Source: Legionellaceae bacterium (GTDB taxonomy: Bacteria; Pseudomonadota; Gammaproteobacteria; Legionellales; Legionellaceae). Taken from it: a stretch of 64,000 nucleotides of DNA. The notes below the pieces were generated by a model. The model was not told the origin of the DNA. It did no database searches and was given only the letters and a program-made list of their open reading frames with translations. Below, piece by piece: positions 27,880-39,072 of this stretch. The translations under genes were made by a program, and so were the position numbers. The number at the start of each line of letters is the position of its first letter. The first letter of the stretch is position 1. The stretch covers positions 13,683-77,682 of the forward strand of contig JAALKW010000002.1 in the NCBI GenBank assembly GCA_011087865.1. Reading direction: 5' to 3'.

Positions 27880-28818
27880 CTAATTATCTAATATCAAATG
27901 CAAGAGCTCAAGCATTGTATCAAAACAATTTGAATTTTCGGGATCAAATCGACAAGCATTGGGCCACGTTCTTAACCAAGTCAATTGACGTTTTGCAAGC
28001 TGACGTGTTGCCGCTAGTGCTTTCGCATGGAATAGCTTAAAATCATCAGCGCCTTGTTGATAATCAAGCGCTTGTCGATACCCAACACTTCGCATCGAGG
28101 GCATATCTGATGTCAGTTGAAAACGCGCTTGCAAGGCTTTCACTTCATCTAAAAATCCAAGCTCAAGCATCTGATCAAAGCGAATCGCTATGCGTTCATG
28201 TAACCAAGCCCGTCTTTCTGGAAATAAAATTAAATTAATGATTTGATAATCAGGAAAAAACTGACCGGATTGATGGCTAAAAGCCTCAGATAAAGGCTTA
28301 CCGGTTGCATAACATACCTCGAGTGCACGCTGAATACGCTGAGCGTCATTTGGGTGCAATTTTGCTGCTGTCGTTGCATCTAATATTTTTAGTTTGGCAT
28401 GTAGATGAGGCCAACCTTTTTGCCTCGCCTCCAGTAACAAGGCTTCTCGTAATACAGAATTAGCCGGCGGCAACGCAGACAATCCTTTTTGAAAAGCTCG
28501 AAAATACATCATACTACCGCCAACCAATAGCGGAATGTTCCCTCTCGCTAAAATCGCATCACATAACGCATGTGCATCATCACAAAAAGCAGCAACAGAG
28601 TAAGTTTCTGTCGGTTTTCGGATATTAATTAAATGATGCGGTGCTTCTCGAAGCAAATCTGCATCTGGTTTTGCTGTGCCAATATCCATGTCTTGATACA
28701 CCATAGCGGAGTCAACACTAATAATTTCACAAGAGAATATGTTTAAAAGTGCACAAGCCATTGCTGTTTTTCCAGATGCTGTTGGACCCATTAAACAAAT
28801 CACATTACGCACAATCAA
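27880..28818 (-). CDS. miaA: tRNA dimethylallyltransferase
   Basis: 312 aa. P-loop GPTASGKT. Conserved mutL-miaA order. Confidence 0.9.
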   Translation of the reverse strand: MIVRNVICLMGPTASGKTAMACALLNIFSCEIISVDSAMVYQDMDIGTAKPDADLLREAPHHLINIRKPTETYSVAAFCDDAHALCDAILARGNIPLLVGGSMMYFRAFQKGLSALPPANSVLREALLLEARQKGWPHLHAKLKILDATTAAKLHPNDAQRIQRALEVCYATGKPLSEAFSHQSGQFFPDYQIINLILFPERRAWLHERIAIRFDQMLELGFLDEVKALQARFQLTSDMPSMRSVGYRQALDYQQGADDFKLFHAKALAATRQLAKRQLTWLRTWPNACRFDPENSNCFDTMLELLHLILDN

Positions 28819-30436
28819 GCACCTTTTGACAGCTATTAATATCTAAACAAGCACTCAGTTTTTGATGATGACTTGTTTTGTCTAAATTTTTCCAATATGC
28901 AATGAGAGCCTGCTGCTCAATATCCGTCATCATCATCAAATTAATCTCTTCTGATGCAGCCAAAAGCATGGTCACTTGCTGGATGTTTTTTTCGGCCAGT
29001 GCGCAAAAAGCATGTAAAAACTGTTTCAAATCTAAAGCCGGCAAAGCACGCGGAATGGTACGCACTTGAACTGTATTATCTCCTAAAAAATTCAACACAA
29101 GCCCCAATTTTTTTAATAATTTCTGATGTGCCTTCAAATGCGCTTGTTCATCCACTGAGATTTCTATATTGACCGGAACCAAGAGCGGTCGTGCATCCCA
29201 AGGCTGAGTTAATTGATTTAATTCATCAAGACATAGGGCGTGATGTAAACGTTTGACATCCAGCAAATAAGTTTCGTTTTGATGCGTCAATATTCCAAAT
29301 TGTGAATTTAAGGCAATCAGTATTTTTTTTTGATTACTATCTATCGGATAAACTGGATGATTTGCTTGTACGTTTGCTTGCGTAGCAAATTCAGTAAACT
29401 GAGGATTTTCAATATCTTGTTCAAGCTTCATATGCGATGGCGAAGCTTGTGTCGCCAACATCTCCATAATAGCGAGTCGAATTAAATCATGCACAGCTCT
29501 TGCATCAGAAAAGCGCACTTCGTATTTACTGGGATGCACATTAATATCAACTGCGTCTTGCGGCATATTTAAAAATAACACACATGCAGGATAACGCCCC
29601 TCCGGTAAAACATCAGCATAAGCTTGTCTTAGCGCATGTAAAATAAGCTTATCTCGTACCATCCGCTGATTGATATAGAACCATAGTTTATCTTGCTGAC
29701 TCCGTGCATAAGCCGGTCCACTAACCCAGCCATGTAGACGCATATTGCCCCGTGTAATATCAACAACAACCGCTTCATCTACAAACGCTTTCCCCAAAAG
29801 CTGTGTGAGGCGCATGCGTTGTGTTCTATCTGAAGGAGCAGCAGGCAGCCGTAAATTGGATTTTTGATCATGGCTCACCGTAAATGCAATTTCAGGACGA
29901 CTAAATGCGAGACGTTTTATCACACGCTCAATCGCTTGATATTCAAATGCAGGTGTTCTTAAAAATTTTTTTCGAACAGGAGCATTAAAAAATAAATCAC
30001 GTACTTCAATCGTTGTCCCTTGATTTCTCGCGCATGGATGCATTCGAATACCATGTTCATCACACTCCAAACCCATTGCATCTATCGCATTTTTTGCACG
30101 CGATTGGATAAAAACACGCGCAACCGAGCAGATACTGGCAAGAGCTTCACCACGAAACCCCATGCTGTCGATAACATATAAATCATCCAATGCTTTTAGT
30201 TTACTGGTCGCATGTGAAGCGATAGCAAGTGGTAAATCTTCCGCAATAATACCCACGCCATCATCGCTAATTTTAATTTGATTCAGGCCACCAAAACCAA
30301 TGTCAATATCAATATGCTTTGCCCCTGCATCCAGGGCATTTTCAAGTAGTTCTTTTACAACCGATGCAGGACGTTCAATCACCTCACCCGCTGCAATTTG
30401 ATTTGCCACATGCGGTGAAAGCGTTTTTATTCTCAC
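28805..30436 (-). CDS. mutL: DNA mismatch repair protein MutL
   Basis: N-terminus IKTLSPHVANQIAAGEVIERPASVVKELLENALDAGA, plus GFRGEAL. Confidence 0.92.
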   Translation of the reverse strand: MRIKTLSPHVANQIAAGEVIERPASVVKELLENALDAGAKHIDIDIGFGGLNQIKISDDGVGIIAEDLPLAIASHATSKLKALDDLYVIDSMGFRGEALASICSVARVFIQSRAKNAIDAMGLECDEHGIRMHPCARNQGTTIEVRDLFFNAPVRKKFLRTPAFEYQAIERVIKRLAFSRPEIAFTVSHDQKSNLRLPAAPSDRTQRMRLTQLLGKAFVDEAVVVDITRGNMRLHGWVSGPAYARSQQDKLWFYINQRMVRDKLILHALRQAYADVLPEGRYPACVLFLNMPQDAVDINVHPSKYEVRFSDARAVHDLIRLAIMEMLATQASPSHMKLEQDIENPQFTEFATQANVQANHPVYPIDSNQKKILIALNSQFGILTHQNETYLLDVKRLHHALCLDELNQLTQPWDARPLLVPVNIEISVDEQAHLKAHQKLLKKLGLVLNFLGDNTVQVRTIPRALPALDLKQFLHAFCALAEKNIQQVTMLLAASEEINLMMMTDIEQQALIAYWKNLDKTSHHQKLSACLDINSCQKVLDCA

Positions 30437-31641
30437 ACGGATGCCCGAGGCGTTAAGAGCATCTTATTTGAACGAACCACATGTAAATGAACATTGGCCA
30501 TTGCTTCAAGACGCGTACCATGTGGCGGGTGATTCCAAAAATACGTTTTTAGTCCCTCAAACATCGCCTCGGCTAAGCGCTGTTGATATTGAGGGCTATT
30601 TAAGTTTTTTTCTTCCCGAGGGTTAGAGATAAACCCCATTTCCACCAAAACAGAAGGAATATCAGGAGATTTTAAAACAACAAATCGCGCTTGCTCGACC
30701 GCATGGCTATGTAAGCTCGTGACATGCCCAAGACGTTTTAATAACTGCGACCCCATCTGCACACTCGCAGTTGTGGTCGCTGTTTGTGATAAATCAATTA
30801 ATACGGTTCGAATTAAATCATTTTGATCGCTAAGCTCCGAAAGATTAACGCCCCCAAGTTCTGAGTAATTCTCTTTTTCTGCAAGCCAACGTGCTGCTTC
30901 ACTGGTTGCACCTCGTTGAGATAAAGCAAACACCGAGGCCCCTTTTGAGTGAGGATGAATAAATGCATCAGCATGAATCGCAACAAACACATCAGCATCT
31001 TGCTTACGAGCAATCTCTAAACGCTCACGTAATCCAAGATAATAATCACCATTTCGCGTTAAAACAGCACGCATACCAGGCTGCTTATCAATACGTTGTT
31101 TTAATTTTTTTGCAATGGCGAGCACGATTTGTTTCTCTTTGGTTTTCCGAGCACCTATTGCGCCAGGATCTTTGCCACCATGACCAGGATCTAACACAAT
31201 CACTACATCACGTAGTAATTTCGGTGGTTTTTTTAAAGCAATAGGGGTGATTTTCTTCGCCTGTAATGGTTTTAATGTCAGCAATAACTCATCTTTTCCA
31301 ACCCCTCCATCTGGTACTGTTTGGGTGATTTGCATCGCCTCTGTCATATCAAACACGAGCCGAAGTATCCTAGGTTTCGGATGCCCAAAACGAAGCTTAG
31401 AAAAAAAATATTTTTTGTTTTTTTGCGATACATGCTGCGTGGCTTGCTTAATATCTTTAAAATCAATAATAACCCGATGAGGATGAGATAAAGTAAAGGT
31501 ATGATAACGAAAAGCGCCTGTGAGCTTACAACGAATCAAAGTCCGCTCACTGGTTTCATCCAGTACAACGGACTGAAGGTTCGTTGTCGCAAATCCAAGT
31601 GAAGAAAATAACAGCAAGAATAAACAAGCAAGGTTTTTCAT
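30433..31641 (-). CDS. amiB: N-acetylmuramoyl-L-alanine amidase (AMIN plus Amidase_3)
   Basis: Signal peptide. Has LDPGHGGKDPGAIG and VAIHADAF. Conserved tsaE-amiB-mutL order. Confidence 0.85.
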   Translation of the reverse strand: MKNLACLFLLLFSSLGFATTNLQSVVLDETSERTLIRCKLTGAFRYHTFTLSHPHRVIIDFKDIKQATQHVSQKNKKYFFSKLRFGHPKPRILRLVFDMTEAMQITQTVPDGGVGKDELLLTLKPLQAKKITPIALKKPPKLLRDVVIVLDPGHGGKDPGAIGARKTKEKQIVLAIAKKLKQRIDKQPGMRAVLTRNGDYYLGLRERLEIARKQDADVFVAIHADAFIHPHSKGASVFALSQRGATSEAARWLAEKENYSELGGVNLSELSDQNDLIRTVLIDLSQTATTTASVQMGSQLLKRLGHVTSLHSHAVEQARFVVLKSPDIPSVLVEMGFISNPREEKNLNSPQYQQRLAEAMFEGLKTYFWNHPPHGTRLEAMANVHLHVVRSNKMLLTPRASV

Positions 31642-32117
31642 TTTAAAATGCTCCGAAGATGATCAACTACGATTTCTCCAGGTGGGCGTAACGCCGTGAC
31701 TGATAAAAGGCGTCCTTCGCCTTGACTTTCACCTTTCATTTCAATTGAAAATACCACATCCAGATAAGATTTTAAACTAGGTGCTCTTTCTGCCCACTCA
31801 ATACAACAAATAGCATCGGATGAAAAATAATCACGAAAACCAAACGTATTCAAATTGGCTGTATCCGTCAGTCGATATAAATCAAAATGATGTATTGTAT
31901 AAGCAGAAAAATCATAGCTTTCAACCCAAGAAAAGGTTGGACTTTTAATGGAACCTGTCACACCTAAAGCACGTAACATCGCACGAATTAACGTTGTTTT
32001 ACCCGCACCCAAGTCTCCTTGAAAACTAAGCACAAGGGGTGCGGCCAAAACAGAAGCTAAAACAGATGAAAAAGCCATGGTCTCTTTCTCATCTGCTAAA
32101 TCAAAGCAGATTTGCAT
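31638..32117 (-). CDS. tsaE: tRNA t6A biosynthesis ATPase TsaE
   Basis: 159 aa. Has GDLGAGKTTLIRAMLRALG. Confidence 0.88.
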   Translation of the reverse strand: MQICFDLADEKETMAFSSVLASVLAAPLVLSFQGDLGAGKTTLIRAMLRALGVTGSIKSPTFSWVESYDFSAYTIHHFDLYRLTDTANLNTFGFRDYFSSDAICCIEWAERAPSLKSYLDVVFSIEMKGESQGEGRLLSVTALRPPGEIVVDHLRSILK

Positions 32118-32118
32118 G

Positions 32119-32544
32119 TTACTTCACTAAACGTAAAGCAGGTTTGCGTCCTGTATTACTTTTTGAAGGACTCGAACCGCTAGGGCCGCTGCTGGGTGGG
32201 GGCAAATCATCACTGTCGTCGCCTTCATTAAACTCCATACCCCGCCCATTCTCTTTTGCATAAATCGCAAGAACAGCACCAGGGCTCAAAGCCAATTGTA
32301 CCGTGCGACCTGAAAAACGGGTAGTCAAAACAATTCTGTCATTATCAAGATGTAAACCCCGACAAGATTCCGGGGAGATATTTAAAATAACACGGCCACC
32401 CGTAACATATTCGAGAGGAATTTCAACACCAGGATATTCTGCATTGACTAGAAGATAGGGTGTTAATTGATTTTCAACAATCCAGTCATAGAGCGCACGA
32501 ATCAAATAAGGTCGACTTGAGGTCATTTTTGTTGTCGTTGTCAT
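32119..32544 (-). CDS. sspB: Stringent starvation protein B (ClpXP adaptor)
   Basis: SRPYLIRALYDWIVENQLTPYLLVNA, followed by an acidic/Pro-rich tail ending in LRLVK. Confidence 0.88.
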   Translation of the reverse strand: MTTTTKMTSSRPYLIRALYDWIVENQLTPYLLVNAEYPGVEIPLEYVTGGRVILNISPESCRGLHLDNDRIVLTTRFSGRTVQLALSPGAVLAIYAKENGRGMEFNEGDDSDDLPPPSSGPSGSSPSKSNTGRKPALRLVK

Positions 32545-32547
32545 GGC

Positions 32548-33168
32548 TCAAGACACCCTTAGCTGCCGCTCAGCATCCGTTAAACTATTCTGGAAAGCCT
32601 CTCGCTCAAATAAACGCTGCATATAAGCATGTAAAGCCATCGCTTCTTCAGGTAAAGTCACACCAAGCATCGGCAAACGCCATAAAAGTGGCCCCAACGC
32701 ACAATCAAGCAATGAATATTCATCACTCAAGAAAAATGGCTTATCTGCAAAAACAGGCTCCAAGCTCACTAAGCTATCAGCCAATTGCTGACGCGAAGCA
32801 TCCGTTGGGTTTCCGTTTTGATATTCATGGAAAAGCACATACCAGTCTTGCTCAATGCGATGCATCATCTTTCGGGTTTCTGCCCGCGCAACAGGATATA
32901 CAGGTAATAAAGGCGGATGAGGGAAACGTTCATCCAAATATTCCATGATAATACGTGCTTCATAAAGCACCAGTTCTCTATCAATTAAAGTTGGAACTGT
33001 ACCATAGGGATTTACAGTTAACAGCTCATCAGGTAACGCTTTTTGCTTCACTGAAATAATATCGACGTTCACGCCTTTTTCAGCTAAAACAATACGAACC
33101 TGATGGCTATAGATATCGTCACTATCAGAATATAACGACATGACAGTGCGTTTTGCAATAACAGCCAT
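32548..33168 (-). CDS. sspA: Stringent starvation protein A
   Basis: MAVIAKRTVMSLYSDSDDIYSHQVRIVLAEKGV aligns with the E. coli SspA N-terminus. Confidence 0.9.
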   Translation of the reverse strand: MAVIAKRTVMSLYSDSDDIYSHQVRIVLAEKGVNVDIISVKQKALPDELLTVNPYGTVPTLIDRELVLYEARIIMEYLDERFPHPPLLPVYPVARAETRKMMHRIEQDWYVLFHEYQNGNPTDASRQQLADSLVSLEPVFADKPFFLSDEYSLLDCALGPLLWRLPMLGVTLPEEAMALHAYMQRLFEREAFQNSLTDAERQLRVS

Positions 33169-33245
33169 CCTCACTCCTTAGTCATATGTAACAGCAGGGA
33201 GGCTTATTTTACCACAATTTATCAAGAAAGTGGTAAAAAAATAAA

Positions 33246-33677
33246 TTATCGCTTAGAGTACTGTGTTGCACGACGCGCTTTACGCAGCCCAACCTTCTTC
33301 CGCTCAACCTTCCGTGAGTCACGTGTGAGTAAGCCTCGAGCACGTAATTTACGTCGGTAAGAATCAGGATGAAGTCCTGCATCTTCTGCAGCACCGTCTT
33401 CATCATAAGCAACCAGCGCACGCGCAATACCTAAACGAATCGCACCTGCTTGACCAGAAATACCACCGCCTTTAACTGTTGCATAGATATCAAACTTACC
33501 TAACATTTCAACCGTTTCAAATGGTTGTCTTACTAACATACATGCTGTCTCACGACCAAAATACTCATCTAATGAGCGTTTATTAACCATGATATTGCCT
33601 TTACCAGGACGCATAAAAACGCGAGCCGTTGAGCTCTTACGACGACCTGTTCCATAATGCTGCGCTAATTCAGCCAT
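33246..33677 (-). CDS. rpsI: 30S ribosomal protein S9 (with a 13-aa internal insertion)
   Basis: [44 protein letters not shown]. 143 aa versus 130 aa in E. coli. Confidence 0.93.
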   Translation of the reverse strand: MAELAQHYGTGRRKSSTARVFMRPGKGNIMVNKRSLDEYFGRETACMLVRQPFETVEMLGKFDIYATVKGGGISGQAGAIRLGIARALVAYDEDGAAEDAGLHPDSYRRKLRARGLLTRDSRKVERKKVGLRKARRATQYSKR

Positions 33678-33682
33678 AGTGC

Positions 33683-34117
33683 CTATTCCTCAATCACAAG
33701 TTCTTTAGGTTGCTGTGCTTCATGGGGATGTTCACCACCCGCATACACTTTCAACTTCCGGTACATATCACGCCCTAACGCATTCTTGGGTAACATGCCC
33801 TTCACAGCAAGCTCAATAATTCGCGCTGGATTTTTTTCCTGCAATTTATCAAACGCGATGGTTTTTAGTCCGCCAGGAAAACCTGAGTGCGAATAATATG
33901 TTTTATCTTTAAATTTATTTCCTGTCACACGCACCTTTTCGGCATGCGTCACAACGATGTAATCACCGGTATCCACATGAGGGGTATACTCAGCTTTATG
34001 TTTCCCACGTAAACGACGTGCAATTTCAGTCGCAAGACGACCTAATATTTTGTCGCTTGCATCAACGATATACCAGTCACGATGAATATCAGTGGCTTTG
34101 GCACTAAAGGTTTTCAT
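33683..34117 (-). CDS. rplM: 50S ribosomal protein L13
   Basis: 144 aa. Has [29 protein letters not shown]. Confidence 0.94.
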   Translation of the reverse strand: MKTFSAKATDIHRDWYIVDASDKILGRLATEIARRLRGKHKAEYTPHVDTGDYIVVTHAEKVRVTGNKFKDKTYYSHSGFPGGLKTIAFDKLQEKNPARIIELAVKGMLPKNALGRDMYRKLKVYAGGEHPHEAQQPKELVIEE

Positions 34118-34450
34118 GTATTCACTCCGTACGCCTAGTGTTCAATAACTTAAGTTTCTTATAATCTGGACGGGCGATTCTAACTAAAACCAGCGCAACT
34201 CACAAGAGGTTTAGACATATTTTTTATAATATCGCTTCATTTTGCAATAATCACCTCTATATAACTATATAAACAAAGCACATCATAAAAACTAATAGGC
34301 AACATTGAAAAACTATGTTAGTATTTTTCAGTACTAATTTATTATATCAGCCGGCATAACTCTAACTGCCACGCTTTTCGTAACATAAATTCTGGATACT
34401 CATTGCATTTAGTCTAAAATCTATTAATCAACAACCTCGAAGCGAGCCCT

Positions 34451-35719
34451 ATGAACCTGAGTGAATTAAAACGATTACCTATTTCTGAATTGGTAAACAT
34501 CGCGCAAGAAGCAAAAATCGACAACACCTCCCGGATGCGCAAACAAGATATCATCTTTTCTATTCTAAAATCCCACGCCTCCAAAGGCGCTGATATTTAT
34601 GGCAATGGTGTCGTTGAAATTTTACCTGAAGGTGGCTTTGGCTTCTTACGCTCTGCCGATGGCTCTTATTTAGCAGGCCCTGATGATATTTATGTATCAC
34701 CGAGCCAAATCAGACGCTTTGGGTTACGCACAGGGGACAGTATTTCAGGGAAAATTCGCCCCCCTAAAGACAACGAGCGTTATTTTGCGTTGCTAAAAGT
34801 AGATAAAATTAACTATGACACGCCTGAAAATGCAAAACGAAAAATTCTTTTTGAGAACCTAACCCCTCTTTTTGCCTCCGAACGACTCGTGATGGAACAA
34901 GGTAACGGCAGCACCGAAGACTTAACTGCCCGCGTCATTGATCTTGCTGCACCCTTTGGACTCGGGCAACGTGGCTTGATTGTTGCACCGCCTAAGGCCG
35001 GTAAAACCATCATGTTGCAAAATATTGCACATTCTATCGCAAAAAATTACCCTGACTGCCATCTTATCGTATTGCTCATCGACGAACGTCCTGAAGAAGT
35101 CACCGAAATGAAGCGCTCGGTTAAAGGCGAAGTGGTTGCTAGTACATTTGATGAACCTGCCACACGCCACGTTCAAGTCGCAGAAATGGTCATTGAAAAA
35201 GCCAAACGCTTGGTTGAACATAAAAAAGACGTGGTGATTTTACTCGACTCGCTCACACGACTCGCACGTGCCTATAACACCGTTGTGCCTTCATCAGGAA
35301 AAGTACTCACTGGTGGTGTTGACGCGAATGCACTGCAACGTCCAAAACGCCTATATGGTGCTGCACGAAACATCGAAGAAGGCGGAAGTCTCACTATACT
35401 TGCAACAGCTATGGTTGAAACAGGTTCTAAAATGGATGAAGTAATCTATGAAGAATTCAAAGGCACAGGTAATATGGAAATTCACTTAAGCCGAACGATT
35501 TCTGAACGCCGCACCTTCCCTGCGATTAATATTAATCGCTCAGGTACACGTCGTGAAGACTTATTGCTTTCACCTGAAGAACTTCAACGCATGTGGATTT
35601 TGCGTAAAATACTACAACCTATGGATGAATCTGACGCCATTGAGTTTTTACTCGAGCGCATGAAGAGCCATAAAACAAATGCTGAATTTTTTGGTGCGAT
35701 GAAACGCCAAGAAAAATAA
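34451..35719 (+). CDS. rho: Transcription termination factor Rho
   Basis: 422 aa. [21 protein letters not shown], Walker A PPKAGKT. Preceded by a ~330-nt leader. Confidence 0.95.
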   Translation: MNLSELKRLPISELVNIAQEAKIDNTSRMRKQDIIFSILKSHASKGADIYGNGVVEILPEGGFGFLRSADGSYLAGPDDIYVSPSQIRRFGLRTGDSISGKIRPPKDNERYFALLKVDKINYDTPENAKRKILFENLTPLFASERLVMEQGNGSTEDLTARVIDLAAPFGLGQRGLIVAPPKAGKTIMLQNIAHSIAKNYPDCHLIVLLIDERPEEVTEMKRSVKGEVVASTFDEPATRHVQVAEMVIEKAKRLVEHKKDVVILLDSLTRLARAYNTVVPSSGKVLTGGVDANALQRPKRLYGAARNIEEGGSLTILATAMVETGSKMDEVIYEEFKGTGNMEIHLSRTISERRTFPAININRSGTRREDLLLSPEELQRMWILRKILQPMDESDAIEFLLERMKSHKTNAEFFGAMKRQEK

Positions 35720-35739
35720 AAACGCATAGGAACTAATTT

Positions 35740-37203
35740 ATGAAATACAGCGACTTACGTGATTTTATTGCACACTTAGAATCACGTCAGTTGCTCACTC
35801 GTATTGATTATCCTGTATCACCCTATCTTGAAATGACGGCAATCAGCGATAAAGTATTACGCAGTGATGGCCCTGCTTTATTATTTACTCACCCTAAAAA
35901 TCATGATATTCCCGTTCTGACAAACTTGTTCGGCACTGTCGAACGTGTTGCGCTTGCGATGGGGCAAGATGATATTAAAGCCCTTCGTGAAATAGGTGAG
36001 CTGCTTGCCGCACTGAAAGAACCCGAGCCCCCCAAAAGCTTTAAGAATGCTTTCCAACAAATACCTTTATTAAAGCACGCGCTCAACATGGCACCTAAAA
36101 CCACTGAACGCGCTGTTTGCCAAACACATGTCATAGAAAAAGAGCAGATAGACCTAACCAAACTCCCCATTCAAACCTGTTGGCCTGATGACGTCGCGCC
36201 GCTCATTACCTGGGGACTCGTCACAACCAAAGGACCCCATCAAACACGAGAAAATATTGGCATTTATCGTCAACAAGTACTCAATAAAAACCAACTCATT
36301 ATGCGCTGGCTTGCACATCGCGGAGGCGCGCTCGACTATTTAGCCTTTCAAAAAGAATATCCGGGTGAGCGTTTTCCAATAGCCGTCACGCTCGGCACTG
36401 ATCCTGCCACCTTACTCGCAGCAGTAACCCCTGTTCCAGATAGCCTGTCTGAGTATGCCTTTGCAGGCCTCCTACGCGGCAAGCGCACACATTTGACACG
36501 CTGCCTTACGCATGATTTGCATGTCCCTGCCAATGCCGAATTTGTACTGGAAGGCTACCTTGAACCAGACCTTGAGGCACCAGAAGGGCCTTTTGGTGAT
36601 CATACCGGTTATTATAACGAAGTTGAGTCATTTCCCGTTTTTACCTTTGACCGAACCACCCATCGCCCCGACCCCATTTATCATAGCACCTATACCGGCA
36701 GGCCCCCTGATGAGCCCGCCATATTAGGTCTTGCACTCAACGAAGTATTTATTCCCATTTTACAGAAGCAATTTCCTGAAATCACTGATTTCTATTTGCC
36801 GCCTGAAGGCTGTTCTTATCGCTTAGCTGTGGTGACGATCAAAAAACAATATCCAGGACATGCCAAGCGCGTCATGATGGCTGTATGGTCTTTTCTTAAG
36901 CAGTTTATGTATACAAAATTTGTGATTGTCTGTGATGATGATATTAATGCGCGCAACTGGCAGGATGTCATTTGGGCAATGACCACCCGAATGGACCCTG
37001 CACGCGATACCGTGATGATAGACAACACCCCCATGGATTATCTTGACTTTGCCTCCCCTGTATCAGGATTAGGTTCAAAAATAGGCCTTGATGCAACCAA
37101 TAAATGGCCTAGTGAAACAACACGCCCCTGGGGAAAGCCGATGACCATGGACCCTGATATATTAGATAAAATTAATGCTTATTGGCCTAAACTTGGATTA
37201 TAA
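35740..37203 (+). CDS. ubiD: 4-hydroxy-3-polyprenylbenzoate decarboxylase
   Basis: 487 aa. [34 protein letters not shown]. Confidence 0.92.
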   Translation: MKYSDLRDFIAHLESRQLLTRIDYPVSPYLEMTAISDKVLRSDGPALLFTHPKNHDIPVLTNLFGTVERVALAMGQDDIKALREIGELLAALKEPEPPKSFKNAFQQIPLLKHALNMAPKTTERAVCQTHVIEKEQIDLTKLPIQTCWPDDVAPLITWGLVTTKGPHQTRENIGIYRQQVLNKNQLIMRWLAHRGGALDYLAFQKEYPGERFPIAVTLGTDPATLLAAVTPVPDSLSEYAFAGLLRGKRTHLTRCLTHDLHVPANAEFVLEGYLEPDLEAPEGPFGDHTGYYNEVESFPVFTFDRTTHRPDPIYHSTYTGRPPDEPAILGLALNEVFIPILQKQFPEITDFYLPPEGCSYRLAVVTIKKQYPGHAKRVMMAVWSFLKQFMYTKFVIVCDDDINARNWQDVIWAMTTRMDPARDTVMIDNTPMDYLDFASPVSGLGSKIGLDATNKWPSETTRPWGKPMTMDPDILDKINAYWPKLGL

Positions 37204-37205
37204 TC

Positions 37206-37922
37206 ATGTCAATCGCAATCACACCGGCTGAAGTCACCCAAGTGACACCACTAACAAATCGCCTACTGCGGGTCACCTTAACCCCTGAGCAATATATTCA
37301 TTATGATGCTGGACAATATTTAGAAATTATCTCACCGAACCCAGATGAAAAACTATACTACTCCATTGCAAATGCGCCACTTGGCCCTAAAACATATGAA
37401 TTACATATTCGTCATCAACCCAATCATAGCGAACAACAGCATGTGCTCGATGCAATCACAAAACAAGGTCGTGTCATTTTAAATTTACCTTTTGGTACAT
37501 GTACTTTACAAGCACTCACCCCTGAAAAGCCTATTTTATTGATTGCAGGCGGTACAGGCTTCGCACCCATTAAAGCCATGATTGAACAGTTACTGACTGA
37601 TGGCCATACACAACCGTTCGAACTCTATTGGAGTGCACGAACACAAGAAGATTTATATCTCGATGAAAAAGTACTCGCCTGGGAAAAGCATGTCCCGCAC
37701 TTTAAATACACCCCTCATTTAACAGACCAAGACAAAACCCCTCTGATTAAACGTATCACGCAACAACATCAAAAAAACCTCAAAAATTATCAAGTGGTTC
37801 TGGCAGGCCCGTTTGATTTTGTTTACGCACTACGTGATGCACTGCTTGATGAAGACATACCAAAACAGCAATTATTTTCTGATGCCTTTGCCTTAGAGCA
37901 ACCTTCTGGAGAAACGTCATGA
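37206..37922 (+). CDS. fre: FNR-type NAD(P)H-flavin oxidoreductase (Fre-like)
   Basis: 238 aa. YSIAN flavin motif and GGTGFAPIKAM NAD(P) motif. ubiD-fre adjacency as in E. coli. Confidence 0.65.
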   Translation: MSIAITPAEVTQVTPLTNRLLRVTLTPEQYIHYDAGQYLEIISPNPDEKLYYSIANAPLGPKTYELHIRHQPNHSEQQHVLDAITKQGRVILNLPFGTCTLQALTPEKPILLIAGGTGFAPIKAMIEQLLTDGHTQPFELYWSARTQEDLYLDEKVLAWEKHVPHFKYTPHLTDQDKTPLIKRITQQHQKNLKNYQVVLAGPFDFVYALRDALLDEDIPKQQLFSDAFALEQPSGETS

Positions 37923-38110
37923 CAACTTTTTATCAACTACTGGCCTTAATAGGTGCCGGATTAATTGCCTGGATTATTTATCGCACAATCAAAAACAAAC
38001 CTGAACAATTTAGCCGAGAAAACTTAAACAAAAGCTTTTCGAGCATGGGCATTCTTGCCATAATATTAATTATATTTATTGCATTTTTAGTACTAATAAC
38101 ACGACAATAA
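37919..38110 (+). CDS. Small membrane protein (2 TM)
   Basis: 63 aa, hydrophobic. Its start overlaps the fre stop. Confidence 0.4.
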   Translation: MTTFYQLLALIGAGLIAWIIYRTIKNKPEQFSRENLNKSFSSMGILAIILIIFIAFLVLITRQ

Positions 38111-38145
38111 AAAAAATACCAAGCATAGCTAAAAAGGAACTTGGC

Positions 38146-39072
38146 ATGATTGAAAACAAATCTCACTGGACAATGTCTTTTTTGATGTCAGATGCGTTCA
38201 TGGCTTTTTTAAATGCCATTCCAGAAGCAGCCATTTTAAGCACGCCATCAGGCAATGTGATATTAACCAATACCACCGCACAAGCACTTTTTCAGTATAC
38301 CAATCAAGAGTTTAAAAACTGTGTAATTGAAGATTTAGTGCCCTCAACAATTAAACATGTACACCCTAACTTACGTGACTCTTTTTTTGAACACCCAACA
38401 TCAAGATACTTAGAGGCACGCGAATTAACACTGGCTGCCCGTAAAAGAAATGGCAGCGAATTTCCTATGGAATCTGCATTATTTGCCGTATTTACTGAAG
38501 AAGGTCCTATTGCGATTAATTTAATTCGCGATATCACACTTCAAAAACAAGCTGAGCAAAAAATAACTTAATATGCTTTTGTGGATACTTTAACAAACCT
38601 CCCCAATCATCGTTATTTTGACGACCATATCAAACGCGTGGCATCGAAAGCACAACGAGATAATGCAAACATTGGCATTCTGTATATTGATTTTGATAAG
38701 TTCAAGCCTATCAATGATCAATATGGACATGCTGCAGGTGATCTGGTTTTACATGAAATAAGTACTCGTCTATCTAAACTTTTACGAGCAGAGGACTTAT
38801 TAGCCCGGGTTGGCGGGGATGAGTTTATCTTAACTATCCATCCCTTACGCAATCACGAAGATTTAGATGATATTGCTAAGCGGATATTAATAGCATGTCA
38901 CGAACCCATTATAACAAAAGATAACACCCTACAAATATCTGCGAGCATCGGTATCGCGACCAATCAGTCGCAACATTTTGATGAACAAGAATTAATTCAA
39001 GCCGCTGATAAAGCCATGTATGCGGCCAAAAAACAAGGCGGAAACTGCTTCATCTATGCAGTAAATCCATAA
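38146..39072 (+). pseudogene. PAS-GGDEF diguanylate cyclase interrupted by one in-frame TAA (38569-38571)
   Basis: The PAS ORF ends at ..LQKQAEQKIT*. The same frame continues with YAFVDTLTNLPNHRYF..RVGGDEF (A-site), with RAED (RxxD I-site) 5 aa upstream. Confidence 0.8.
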
